42,158 bases of DNA. Origin: Phoronis australis (Eukaryota; Animalia; Phoronida). Shown piece by piece: positions 26,011 through 37,669 of this stretch (position 1 is the first letter of the stretch; each line of letters starts with the position of its first letter). The DNA is taken from assembly GCA_002633005.1 (NCBI GenBank), contig NMRA01000628.1:65198-107355 (forward strand). The letters are read 5' to 3'. The notes beneath the pieces are model-generated. The model worked only from the letters and a program-made list of their open reading frames with translations. It searched no databases and was not told the DNA's origin. The position numbers and the translations under genes were made by a program.

Positions 26011-27702
26011 AAAACTTAACGATCCACCAGCGAAGTCGGGACTGATGAGCTCTAGCTCGTCCTAGTAAGTCGGGATTGCGAGTTGCCATGTTGTCCTTTA
26101 TTACTGAGCGTTCTGTTTCAAAATGAATAATTCTCACCCTAACCAATACTTATATAAAACTGATGTCTGTCTAATTAGATGCAGTTTGTAATGCCTTTGG
26201 AGTGTTCGTGAGTGCAAATGATTTGAGAAGCCAGCAATGAATAAATCACTGCGTTACTGGCTTTAGGTGCAATAAAACTAATTGACGGGACACCGAGGTC
26301 GTGTGAGCTCATGCTAATTTAGTGTTTGCTGGCAGAAACTGTTGTGAAACAACTCGATTTCCATCCCACGGCCAGTTGTTAGAGGAATCTTTATTTACAT
26401 TTACATTACTCAAATAATGATTGTCAGTGTACAACTTCTGCCCTGACCGGGTGCTGTGGCCAAAGCGGAAACAGAATTCGCGCGGCTCCCGACAAGTAGA
26501 TTTGCAGTTTCGTGGCTAATTCACCAGCACAATCGCGTGCACATTACTTTGGCTCACTATAGTATAGTATTTTCTTGACTGAAAGTTTAGTTTCCAATGA
26601 ACTTTGACTGGTTTATGTTCGTGATGTCTGATTAGTTTCCGAGTCACTGGCCGGGATAACGAGTCAATCCGGCCGGCCGCGATGGGCCTGATCGGGCTCC
26701 GAGCCACTGGCCAGGATAACAAGCGTTTTGTGTTTAGAACTCAAAAAATCACAAGTCTAAACAACACAGATCTAGGTTCTCATGTCTGTATCTCACGGAA
26801 AATACTTCGAAATTATCTCCGAACAGACCCCAAACTCCTGCTACGGTCCTTATTGGCCTGCCGAACTTTGTAGGCTACGATGTGTCCAAATACCAATAAA
26901 TCCGTAAGAGCGAAATAAAACAACACGGTGTATTATTAAGGGTTTTACATCGAAGTTTGACGATTTATTGGTGTTAAACGATGACTTCAAGCGATAAGCT
27001 GACACCAGTAACCCGTGTTGTGAACTGCTGAACAGACTGCGTGTGAAACCGATGACATCATTGGATAATTTCAACACCTCCGTCTGTTGTCAGGTGTCAG
27101 GTAACGCAACCGAACGTGTCGTCATGGAGTAGAACTACTCGATCTAAATTGATAAAAATTAGGTTGTTTTTTGGGTGGCATGCTCCTTTAATATCAAATG
27201 CCGCAGAGGTGTTTTTCAGCCTTTTTGGAGAACAACATATCAAACATAAAAAATACGGACTGTTCCAAAGAGAGGTCAACAGCCGATCTGAAGCTCTTCC
27301 TCGTACGTAGCACTAAGAACGCACCGTTTTTCAACACTTCACCTAGTATTGGTCTGCAAATTTTAACTTTTTGTAAAACAATGTTCCCCATCTGGCGTAG
27401 TTTGGGCGGTTCTGGGGAAAGAAAACATCTAGGATAGTCGGGAAAATGTTGATATATAGCCACTGACGTCATTGTTCTTGACGCATATCTGGAGTTCTCT
27501 GTGGGATCGGTTTGTAGATTGCCCAAAACTGATCACTTTTGCCAAATTTGCCATTAATTACTGTTATACAGAATTTGTTAAATACACGACACTTTTCATT
27601 GTTCACAGTCTTTATTCCGTTACGTTCGTACTTTCGGAACAAAACTCTACTCTCAACTGAACATAGATACAGTAACTGACCTAGCGACATAATTAAAAGA
27701 CA

Positions 27703-27740
27703 CACGATATTTCGAAACATACTTGTTTCATTCTCAAGTG
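27703..27740 (-). ncRNA. Variant minimal type-I hammerhead ribozyme motif in the Penelope-like terminal repeat
   Basis: Minus strand CAC-UUGAGAA-U-GAAACA(AGUA)UGUUUC-GAAA-UA-UC-GUG: stem I, core with C3U/G8A swap plus one extra U, perfect 6-bp stem II, GAAA, rudimentary stem III; 12 nt upstream of the ORF ATG. Confidence 0.65.
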
Positions 27741-27876
27741 AAGATAAAATGACGCAGTAATGCCACCACAGAGCATAAACTGACGACACACACCAGTGAG
27801 ACACGTCGGGTGTGAAATACTGCAAAAAATGACTAACGAAGGGGGGTAACAGGAAAGTCACGCAAACAAGTGTAAC

Positions 27877-30592
27877 TGCGTCAGGATATCACCAACACTG
27901 ACTGGGATTCCATATTGAAGACTGGCGACATTGATGACACTGTTTCACTCTTCACTAGTACTCTCTATGAAATCTTAAAAAACAACATCCCATCAACTGA
28001 AAAGATAATTAAACACAACAGCCAACCGTGGTTCAACAACAATGTTAAACGGGCAATCCGCACAAGAAACAGACTTTACAGCTCTTTCAGAAGATCTAAC
28101 AACAATATAATCTACAACAGATACAAGGAGCAGTCACGTCTGGTTGAAACTTTAATAAATCAAGCCAAAGCTAATCACCGACACAAGCTTTTTCAACAAA
28201 TTAACAGAGCAAGCAAGAATTCCAAAGAATACTGGAACATCATCAATAAAATACGCGGCAGCCAACAGCAATCCTATCCTGTCATCAACTATAATGGTAA
28301 CCTAGCCTCACGTAGTAGTGACAGGTGTGATTTGTTTCTCAAATTTTTCACGAACAAAAGCCACATTACACCAACTGAAGTAAGTAACTTTCCCTTTCTT
28401 CGTGAACGTTGTCTCAATCAACTGTCTGACATCCCGGCTAATCAAACTGATGTCCGGAAGTGTCTCAATGAAATTGACCCCAATAAAAATGATGGCACAG
28501 CTTTAATAACCAGCAAGATGATCAAAATGATTGCCAACGAAATTACCATGCCCCTGACCAATCTGTTTAACAAACTTCTTCAGCTAGGCATTGATCCGTC
28601 TTCTTGGAAACATGGAATTATGGTCCCTATACACAAAAAGGCTCCAAAACTGAATTTCAAGTTATCGCCCAAATGACTTAACACTCTGTCCAAAATCTTC
28701 GAGAAGATCATTGCTCAAAGTATTCTTACATTTCTCAAACAAGACAACTTGATCTATCATCGTCAATTTGTTTTTTTTTTGCGTGGGAACAGCACCGTGA
28801 CACAACTTGTTGAAATAGTACATGAGATTCATTTACATTTTGAGAAGGGCGAGAGTGTCAGGTCCATTTTTCTAGATATAGCTTAAGCTTTCGACTGTGT
28901 CCCTCACGACCTTCTACTTCACAAACTTCGATCCTATGGCATTACTGGTAATCTTTTAAACATGATCAACTCATATCTCTCCGAAAGAACATACAGTGTT
29001 CGTGTCGACGGCGTACTTTCAACTTTACCCCCTCCTGGATTTGTAAACGCAGGTGTACCGCAGGGTAGCGTACTGGGCCCTCTTCTTTTCTTGGTTTATA
29101 TTAATGACCTTTCTGATAACCTGTCATGTAGCACATACCTTTATACAGATGACACGGCGCTTTTTTACCCCTTCGCAGGGAGCAGCCCTGAATGTTCTTT
29201 GCAGCTTTAACACGACTTAATAAACTAAGCTATTGGTCGCAAGAATGGAGAATGAATTTTAAACCAGAAAAAAGCGTTGACCTCACCTTCTCCAAATCTA
29301 TTAATGCTCTCTTCCTTGTTGACCCGTCTTATGACCTTAAACTTAATGATGAAATCATTCCTAGAAAATAGTCGTACAGACATCTGGGTATACTGTTAGA
29401 TGAAAAACTCTCATTCACCCCTCACGTTCGGGAGCTCGTACAAAAAACTCAGGAACTAATTAACCCACTTAAGCTTGTCTCTCGTCATTTGAATTCCACA
29501 CATTTAGAAGTTTTGTTCAAATCCTTTATACTTCCACACATTGATTATTGTGATATTATATATCAGTCTGCCAATACGGGTGCACTCCAACATTTGGAGA
29601 AGTTACAATATCAAGCCGCCTTACTCATAACCGGAGCTTACAGGGGATCCAATAGTGTTAAGGTTTTGAATAGTCTCAAGTGGCCCAAACTGTCTACTCG
29701 ACGCAATCTTCACATGACCACATTTACTTTCAAGGTAATAAACAATGTCAACAACGTGTCTGTAAAAAAATATTTGATCTATATTCTAGACAAGGCCATC
29801 GTAGTGATTTGAGATCCTCCACCCCATATGCAATTCCTCCGTCGTTCAGTCAGGCATTCAGAAGGTCTACAGTCATGATGTGCATCAACAACTGGAATTC
29901 TCTTCCAGTCTCTGTTAAGGAAAGCAACTCTTTTACGAGTATAAAAAATAATTTTAGAACTGTTTTTCATAATTTTGATAACTCAACACCCTTGACTCAA
30001 GTCTCCCTTACCCGCGATAACGAAATAGTATTGTACAGATCAAGATGTGGCCTTTTCCTCAACTCTGACAAGTTGAGGCACAACTTTAGTAATGTCTCTC
30101 CAAACTGTAAAGGTGGTGACCATCAATCTTATCCTCATATTTTCTTCAAATGTCCCCTCATCGAATCCCTGAGAGACTCACTCTTTCGTGCACTCAATGA
30201 TAACCAATCAATTGTTAACGCTCTCAATTCTTGTAATAATATCCCTACTAGAGTTACATTATTACTGAATGGTAGTCCTAACCTTGACTTCGTTCTCAAG
30301 AATTCCTCCTAAGCAAGGTTAGCAAATTTTTATGTACCGTTAATCAGTATTGTTGCATCTGATTTCCCTACATGAATCTGTACATATTTTTGTTTTTATA
30401 TATCTGTAATAGCATATCTAAGTATTGGAATACTTATTTTAGATACTACTTAATTGTATATACCTCTATGTATATAAATTTCATTTATGAATTGTTTTAC
30501 AACCCAGATATAATGCTTCGCGGTTTCTGGGTTTGTTATATTATTTCTTTGTATGTTCTGTGTATCCTTCAATAAATATAGAACACTTAAAA
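27877..30592 (+). mobile_element. 5'-truncated CR1/L2-group LINE (RT-encoding ORF2, disrupted)
   Basis: [44 protein letters not shown]-terminal PNC..HIFFKCP; frameshifts and stops; no endonuclease domain seen; 3' stem-loop (about 30499-30536), AATAAA 30571, short A tail; 9-bp TSD aagtgtaac (27868-27876, 30593-30601). Confidence 0.92.
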
Positions 30593-31519
30593 AAGTGTAA
30601 CGTGCGGCGCAACCCTGTTTGCTGCTCATTCAAAACAGGCTTCTCACAATAGAAGCCTTATAAGAGTGAAGGTGGATAAATGCGGTGTTCCGGCAGTTTC
30701 TTGTGGTAGTGGATGTGTTCACGACATGATAAACAAAAATATCATCTACATAACGTACATAGATAGGAATACCACCAATCACATTGCTAGCCATTTTTTC
30801 CACTTGAAAGTGGGACCCAGAGGAGGGGACAATGTTAAAGTTTGTAAGCCTGATGATCACCTCGATGTTATTATCTATTATCGGAATAGGAAGTCCTCCA
30901 ACTTGGTGATGAAAAATAACATTTCTAAAGCGAAAGTCCGAAAGTACGAACGTAACGGAATAAAGACTGTGAACAATGAAAAGTGTCGTGCATTTAACAA
31001 ATTCTGTATAACCGAAAACTTGCTCCCGAAGTACAGTCATTAATCACTGTGTGAAATGAAGGTAGTTGGCGCACATACATAACGCAGAAGACAGGAAACG
31101 ACGGCATTTTGATTATTCCTTTTAGCAGTTGCATCAAATGACTCGTCCGAAAACAGATGGACGCAACTTAGACTGGTAAAATAGGACAACGAAAAATCGA
31201 AATTCGTGCAAACAAAATTAATGTGCTATCCGTCTCCGACAGGTTTTTAGGTTTTGCTTTTAATAGTGAATCATGTGGAGTATTCCGCTGTTTTCGCATC
31301 GGACTTAGTGTGAGGTCGCTGCATCAGGCGCGATGTTTATGGTTTTCATACCCTGACGTAAACTTACGCAGAAAAATCTTTCACCTTGCGTGGTAACCTA
31401 TGACCTACGAACTCAGTGGCTGGTTCCTCGATGCTTATTCATTGTGAATGGGCTTATAATCAATTATGTTTCGACTCTTTATTTGTCTGATTGGGGCATC
31501 TTACTGTTGTGCCACAAGT

Positions 31520-32330
31520 TGATGCTGAACATCGGACGACTGGTTTCAAACGGTTACCTGGTGGGTTGATTTAGCTCAACTCGGGTACTTGGGCGTGTCT
31601 GGCGGGGATAACCCACCTCTAGATTTGTCTGTCAGTATTTATTCTTGATACCTGGTGGGCTTACGGCGAATATTTTGCAACTGGTTTCATGCGATTTGGT
31701 TGATCTAGCTCAACTCAGGTCTTTAGGCGTGTCTGGCGGGGCTAACCCACCACTAGATTTCGTGATACCTGGGCTAACGATGAATATTTTGGAACTGGTT
31801 TTAAGCAGTTACCTCTTAGATTGATCTAGCTCAATTTTTAACCCTTTTTGATAATTGTCTGGCAGGGGCACCACACCACTGAAATTGTCTGGCATCTAAC
31901 ACTTGTGTCATGTACAGTGATGCTGAACATCGTGCAATTAGTTTCAAACGGTTACCTGATGGGCTGATCTAGCTCAGCTCGGGTATTTGGGAGTGTCTGG
32001 CGGGGCTAACCCACCACTAGGTTTGTCTGACAGTATTCATTCGTGATACCTGAGCTCACGGTGAATATTGCGGCAACTGGTTTCACGCGATTACCTCTTA
32101 GATTGATCTAGCTCAGTTTTTTTTTCACGTTGATAACCGTCTGGACGATACTCCCCACCACTGAAATTGTCAGGCAGTGACCAATTTTGATACAGTGGAA
32201 TACGTAGGTTTCCAAGGCGGTTTGAAGTGGTTACCAGAAAAGTTGATCTAGCTCAATTTTTGAGTGTCATTCTCCCCTGACCACACCCACCAAAGCAAAC
32301 TTGCCAGACGACCATTTCCAAGTACGAGGA
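31520..32330. repeat. Tandem array, 6 diverged units of about 115-145 bp
   Basis: Recurrent actggttt...tgatctagctca...gtctgg...ccaccact; units start near 31539, 31680, 31794, 31937, 32076, 32217. Confidence 0.8.
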
Positions 32331-32717
32331 TACCCATAGAGCACTGTGGCACCAAAGAAAATTGGTTACCTTTTCATGCCCAAAAAAACTCTGGGATCCC
32401 GGTCTATCATGACCTTATGCGCTTCGTTAGTGTAATGTGCCAGTGATAGGCAGTGATGTAGTAGGTCTGTCTTTTGTCTGTGTACATGTTTATAAGGTAA
32501 GTCTAATGAAATGTAATCAAACCTTGGAAGCATGAAAGAGCAGGTCCCGGTTTTGGAATTAGTTAATTCTTTTAGAATGTGAACCAGTTTCCCAACGATG
32601 ACGTCATGGTGAGTCTATTCCTCCTCCCCCTGTCCCAAACCAGCATCTTTTCCAAGCCCCCTCCCCTCTCGAGTGATGACTACGTCAGTAAAGCCCCAAG
32701 AAATGGTTTCAAGACAT

Positions 32718-32723
32718 TTTATT
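32718..32723 (-). terminator. Candidate SMN polyadenylation signal
   Basis: AATAAA on - (tttatt), 335 nt past the predicted stop. Confidence 0.55.
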
Positions 32724-33057
32724 TTGAGTTTTACATAGCCCAATAATTTCAGCACAGGTTCAAGATGAAAAAATTTAACAACAAACTACACTATATCAAA
32801 TATGGGTGATGACAGAAGGATTGGTTCCCTCCCAACAGACATGAGTTTCAAACAAACTCAGTATCTCACTGGGTTGTGTGAATATGTTCTCTATTGTTTA
32901 GGACGTTTGCTTAGGAAAGTGGGGGACCACACCTCATACAGCCCTAACTGCATTCCTCAACACCTGACTTCACAGGATGCACTAAGTTACAGATTACATC
33001 ACTGTCCAATGATACATCACAAACAAATATCTTGTAGAAAACTGTCGCAAAAGCACA

Positions 33058-33132
33058 TCATGAATGTTTATCGTCTCCATTTTGAGTAGTTGATGTCACC
33101 TGAGATGATTGCCTTTTGCCTTGCTTCAGACC
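33058..33132 (-). CDS. SMN: SMN last coding exon (exon 7 equivalent)
   Basis: gtttccag acceptor; GLKQGKRQSSQVTSTTQNGDDKHS*; continues the YG box (YYQ-GLKQ). Confidence 0.82.
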   Translation of the reverse strand, partial: GLKQGKRQSSQVTSTTQNGDDKHS

Positions 33133-33499
33133 CTGGAAACAGACGAGCGTGATAAGAGAGCCTACTAAGCCAGACAACTTATAAGCCTTCAAACCTCTCT
33201 TTGCTTATGCCGCACCATGCATGAAAGTAAGCAAAACACAATTATTAACCACTACATATTAGTATTTTGACTAACAAAACACAGCTCTTAACTATCACTG
33301 TGTTTTGACTGACATAACAGTTCAAATAAACTTATTAATTTAGAACAGTGGAAATATTTCAACTGGAAATATTTCCCATACTTTTGAAAATCACCAATTA
33401 ACAGGTATTTTCTCCAAAACTTAAATATACCTGACTAGCAAATACTTACTAATGATGATGCATACGTTAGTTTGCACACTTCATATTCTTTTAGCTCAC

Positions 33500-33622
33500 C
33501 TGGTAATACCCAGTGTGGTATCCGCTCATATACCATGAGATCAACATGGCTGACAGAGCCTCGTTATCACCTTCGATGAGATCCTCTGCTGGGGTGGGAG
33601 GGGGAGGCATTGAGGGAATCCG
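33500..33622 (-). CDS. SMN: SMN exon 6 equivalent (YG-box oligomerisation domain)
   Basis: [41 protein letters not shown]; ag and gtgagc boundaries, phase 0. Confidence 0.96.
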
Positions 33623-33904
33623 CTGCACTCAAAATGTATATAGACAATTAAACGTAGTATTCAACTCAACGTGTGATTTTGATGTACAATTTGTGACTGC
33701 AAGAAAGGCAAACTTGAACACGCGGTACATTACCGTTACCGATCTTATAAGATGAGGAAGGTGACTGTAATGATTATCCATTCCACCGAGGGAAACTCAA
33801 TCCTTGAACAGTAAACTACAAAAACGGTGCTCTTTTAGTCAGCAACTCCTCTCAGATGGTGATCAACAGTTGGAAACAATGTGAAGGGACAAAGCATTAC
33901 ATAC

Positions 33905-33994
33905 CGGTGGAGTGCCCGTCACATGCGGCGGTGTCATCCACGGGGTCATGGAAGGAGGGAAGGAGGCCGGAGGGGTATAAGTCATCGGGAATGA
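33905..33994 (-). CDS. SMN: SMN exon 5 equivalent (proline-rich)
   Basis: tctttcag acceptor; SFPMTYTPPASFPPSMTPWMTPPHVTGTPP; gtatgt donor; 90 nt, phase 0. Confidence 0.85.
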
Positions 33995-34451
33995 CTGAAA
34001 GATATTGAAACAAAGTGTAAATGGTTACATTACAGAATTACTTAGCAATGAAAAGCCAAAGCAGTAATACAGTTGATCTTACATGTATGTCAAAGATTTA
34101 TTGCCTGTTCTTGTACCCAGCCACATGCAGGAAAATAGCCTCAATTGATCGAAACAGCAAGGTACAGTGTACAAAATTTTCATGAAATTCAGCCATCATT
34201 AAAATAGGCTTGTGCAGTAATGAAATGCAGCAACACGGCACACTAACGCAATGTCAAAATTCTGTCAAAAGCTCAGAGTGTTCTATTTACTTTGAAAGAT
34301 ACATGTACAATTGTAAGCCGATTTGATTCTAGCAACAAAATGCTTTTTTCCTGTAGCAAGGATGGCCAATAGCGGCCATTCAATATCCACACAAATCTTA
34401 AGAAACTGACAAGCCAATTTTACATTCACTCCAGATCACGTCATGACGTAC

Positions 34452-34637
34452 AGGAAAACTTGCGAAAGGTGGCACAGTAGTGTGGTGTACAGATGTGGCA
34501 GGGCAATGAGACTGACAGGTCATTCCGTTATGACCGGTGATACTGTAGCAGTGAGCACTTCTGTCTTTGGATGATCGGCGACCACCAGGTGTCCGACATG
34601 TTCTCTGGTGGCCATACCAATTCATTGCCCCATCGCT
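34452..34637 (-). CDS. SMN: SMN exon 4 equivalent (Cys/His-rich linker)
   Basis: tttctag acceptor, gtacgt donor, 186 nt open in phase 0: SDGAMNWYGHQRTCRTPGGRRSSKDRSAHCYSITGHNGMTCQSHCPATSVHHTTVPPFASFP. Supported by splice and phase logic, not by homology. Confidence 0.72.
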
Positions 34638-34941
34638 CTAGAAATTCAAGAGGAATGAAAATATTGTAGTAGGGATGACACGGGAATCAACAGGGCACAT
34701 CTCCGGGTGAAAATAGAATGTGAGAAAACTTTCATGTTCATTGTAGACTGGTTCCATTGTCCATAATCTAAAGTTCAATAACTACTCATCTTCAATTATC
34801 AGTGTTATACAACCTATGAGTAATCATGCAGTCAATGAATGGTCGTGCCATTTCCAACTGGTTATCGGGTATTTTCGATCGGTCAGACAACATTTATGAT
34901 CTATGCTGTAAACTAATGACAAAATGTTGGGGACATGCTTA

Positions 34942-37222
34942 GGGCTGTTCCAGTAAAATAAGTAAGGGAGGGCGGAAGGCACTTCCATTTTTTACCTATC
35001 GCCCATATTTTTCTTTTATTTCTCAAACCACCCATTACGTTGAACTATAAAATGCAACCACCCATATTTTTAAATTATGCTTCAGTTATACAGTCAAGGG
35101 AATGTACATGTTAGGTTTCATTCTCTTTAGATAGTGTAGGTCTTCAGTGTTCCGTGAGCCAACAACAGTACAGCAGACAAAACATCAGCTCCCTCCCAGA
35201 CAAGAAATAAAAATTCACGCATGCTTTCCAATGAATAGTGATTAAGGAACAAGAATGTTGGTATGCACCCTTTTTGTCACTGCACGTGGCAGATGCTAGT
35301 GGGTGCCCCTAATTTCAACATTCCCTTAAGAGGGAGTAATACTTGTAAACAAAATGCCTCTAGGATACACAACATGATCCATTAAGTACTTAGATGATCG
35401 ACGGACAAGAACTAGCTGTCTTGTCAAAAACTAAAGCGGCCATGAGGGTGGTGGAATCAAAACAAAAATTGTCAGTGTATCCATCCCTGCCATACATCTT
35501 TATGCCAAATTTCATACTAGCGGATTTTGAGATAATCAACCTGTCTTGTCAGAAAACTTAAATTTCCAACAGGAAGTGCTACAGTAGCAAAAGCTGTCAG
35601 AAAATTGACTGGTGCTGGCGCATCCCCGCCATCTATCTCTCTGCCAAATGTCGTCATGATCCCTTAAGCGGTTACATGATAATCGGGGGACAGGCAATGA
35701 CTTGAGCAGTCGAAAACTAACATGGGGTGCTGGCGCATTCTCGCCATATAAAAAAGGTGCAGGAGGCCTGATGCCTTTTGCGATACATCAGGCGTGTTTA
35801 GGCCACAAGGCCTGGGCCCATTACACTAGTCACCTGGTTATGACTCATGGGGTCATGACATCATTGAATTCCTCATGGGTGAAATCTTCCAATCTGCCAC
35901 AGAAAGGCTATTAAACCTCTATGAACTAACAATGTTAACCAGGGAGGTTATGTGTCCACCAAGTAGTAGACTACGGTGTCTATTGTAGGCAGGGCAAATC
36001 TCCACCAGATGTTCAGGAGTCTCGGCCTCCAAGCCACAGTTGGGACAAAATGAACATGCCATGTGGCCTGTGATGTAACGGTGCCGAGCGAGGTTGCAGT
36101 GTCCAGTAATAACCTGGATCAGCTACCTTATAGCAAGCCTATCTAAACATAACAGTTTCTTTGAACGTTTTGGTTCAATAGGACTTGGAAAAAGTTGTTA
36201 GGTTTGTCTGCAGGCAGAGAGCTTTCTCCATGCATCCACGGATGCATGGAGAAAGCCACATACCTCTGTATCAAATTTCATCGACACCAATTACGCAGTT
36301 TTTGAGATAATCTACGTAAAAGAAACAGCTTGTCAAAACTATAACAGAAAACATTGGGGTACCACAGTAGCCATCTGGTGCTGGTGCATTCCCGCCAAGT
36401 ACCTCTACACCAAATTTTATCATGATCTGTCAAGCAGTTCATGAGACAATTGACAGACAAGAAATGATAACGACAGATGGACTGATCGACGGAGAGACGA
36501 ACAGATGGATGGTATGCGTACTATAAACTACCACAAAAGTTTTTGTGGGTACAGAAAAATTCCATATGAGCTCAACTTATGTCAGTTAGCAGAAACTTGG
36601 TTTTCAAAGACACATGTGAGCAATGCTTTAGGCAGCCACCAGATGTTTCTGTCCATCAGGTGTCTCGGTAATTTCAATATTTTTTTCAATTTCACGAATC
36701 TACGAATCTCAGTGTTTCCATGAAAGCCTTTAGGCTGCTACACCAAGTGAATATTGCAACTTGTAGATTTGACTTCTCATCCGTTATCAGAAAATTCATC
36801 AGTTTTCTTAGGACGGTGTGTTAACACCAGTTTAGTGTTGCAGTAATTTTCATTCTAATATGATTGTACAACATATGCCTACAATCAAGTTGCCCATGAC
36901 TTGAGAAATGGCTTAGTGTACATATTGCATACTGTACACTACCAACATGGGGTGGTCTTGTTTAAGCATGCATGGATTACATATGCCAAGTGTATTTTTG
37001 GTGAGCCTAGAAGGTTTTTCAGAGGGTATTGAGGTCGGTGTTTGGCTGAAATTACCCACCTGTCAACATTTGCAGGACAAACAATACCACCCAATTTTAA
37101 TGATACACTTCTTTCAAGAACAACCACCCATGCCTTAAATTTTCTTCGAAAAGACAACCACCCATAAACTTTTATTTCAACTGCCGTCCCCCCCTACCTT
37201 ATGGGTTTTCCTGGAACAGCCC
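34942..37222. mobile_element. Non-autonomous PIF/Harbinger-like element in an SMN intron, with nested inserts
   Basis: TIR gggctgttccag / ctggaacagccc; TTA on both flanks (34939-34941, 37223-37225); accaccca subterminal repeats. Confidence 0.75.
35248..36559. mobile_element. Helentron/HINE-like non-autonomous element nested in the Harbinger-like element
   Basis: Begins aacaagaa; ends with a degenerate ACGG/ACAG microsatellite, hairpin ccacaaaa/ttttgtgg and an A-run. Left boundary tentative. Confidence 0.5.
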
Positions 37223-37459
37223 TTAGCTAATTTTTAAGGACTTGGGATTAATTTCCTTCTGATTTTCTTCAGTTTCTGTTAACTAAGCTAGACAATTTTC
37301 GACAAAATTTACCAGTATAGCATTAATGCACATCTTGAAACCTTACACGATGAGCCCTGCAATAGGAGCTGCTGCTCATTATGGCTGTGTACATACTTAA
37401 CTACCGAGAGCATGTCTTAAACTTAGAAATCTATAATTGCGCTTAAAAAGAATTGTCAC

Positions 37460-37669
37460 CTCAGCATCTTCTGATTCTCCTGTGAAGTGGTTATTCCGTT
37501 GACCACTAGGCGGCAGCAGGTCTGACAGCTTCTGCTGCTCCTCGTTGCCATAGCCAGAGTACCTGACAACACACGTGCCACTGTCACTGTCCATAGAGAT
37601 GATGACACTGTCATACAGGAGGCCATCCTCTGTGAAAGCCGCGCGACACCGATCACCTACCGTCCACGT
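37460..37669 (-). CDS. SMN: SMN exon 3 equivalent (Tudor domain)
   Basis: TWTVGDRCRAAFTEDGLLYDSVIISMDSDSGTCVVRYSGYGNEEQQKLSDLLPPSGQRNNHFTGESEDAE; matches the SMN Tudor consensus W.VGD.C.A..SEDG..Y...TCVV.Y.GYGN.E...LSDL. Confidence 0.96.

Larger units (their letters stand above)
27565..31037 (-). mobile_element. Internally deleted Penelope-like retroelement with inverted terminal segment, interrupted by a LINE
   Basis: 13-bp TSD cattaat(t/c)actgt (27552-27564, 31038-31050); inverted repeats 27565-27637 and 30937-31012; RT remnants IYVRYVDDIFV and HSYKASIVRSLF on - (30630-30935); ORF-start tail MSLGQLLYLCSVESRVLFRKYERNGIKTVNNEKCRVFNKFCIT from 27690. Confidence 0.8.

Noticed and set aside
26037-26066. 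CTGATGAG followed by hairpin gagc-tcta-gctc, resembling a hammerhead core
   Set aside because: No GAAA or stem III/NUH after stem II, so the catalytic core is incomplete.
26720-27191. Possible Kolobok-like end (ttaaaggagcatgcc on -)
   Set aside because: No partner TIR or TSD found, so too weak to call.
30666-31043. 125-aa plus-strand ORF as a gene
   Set aside because: Chimera of antisense Penelope RT remnant and the inverted ORF-start repeat.
31560-31620. TAGCTCAACTCGG looks like a tRNA A-box
   Set aside because: No GTTCRA B-box/T-loop or cloverleaf, so not a tRNA or clear SINE head.
31520-32330. Repeat-spacer appearance suggesting a CRISPR array
   Set aside because: Whole units are homologous with no unique spacers, context is eukaryotic, and no cas genes are present.
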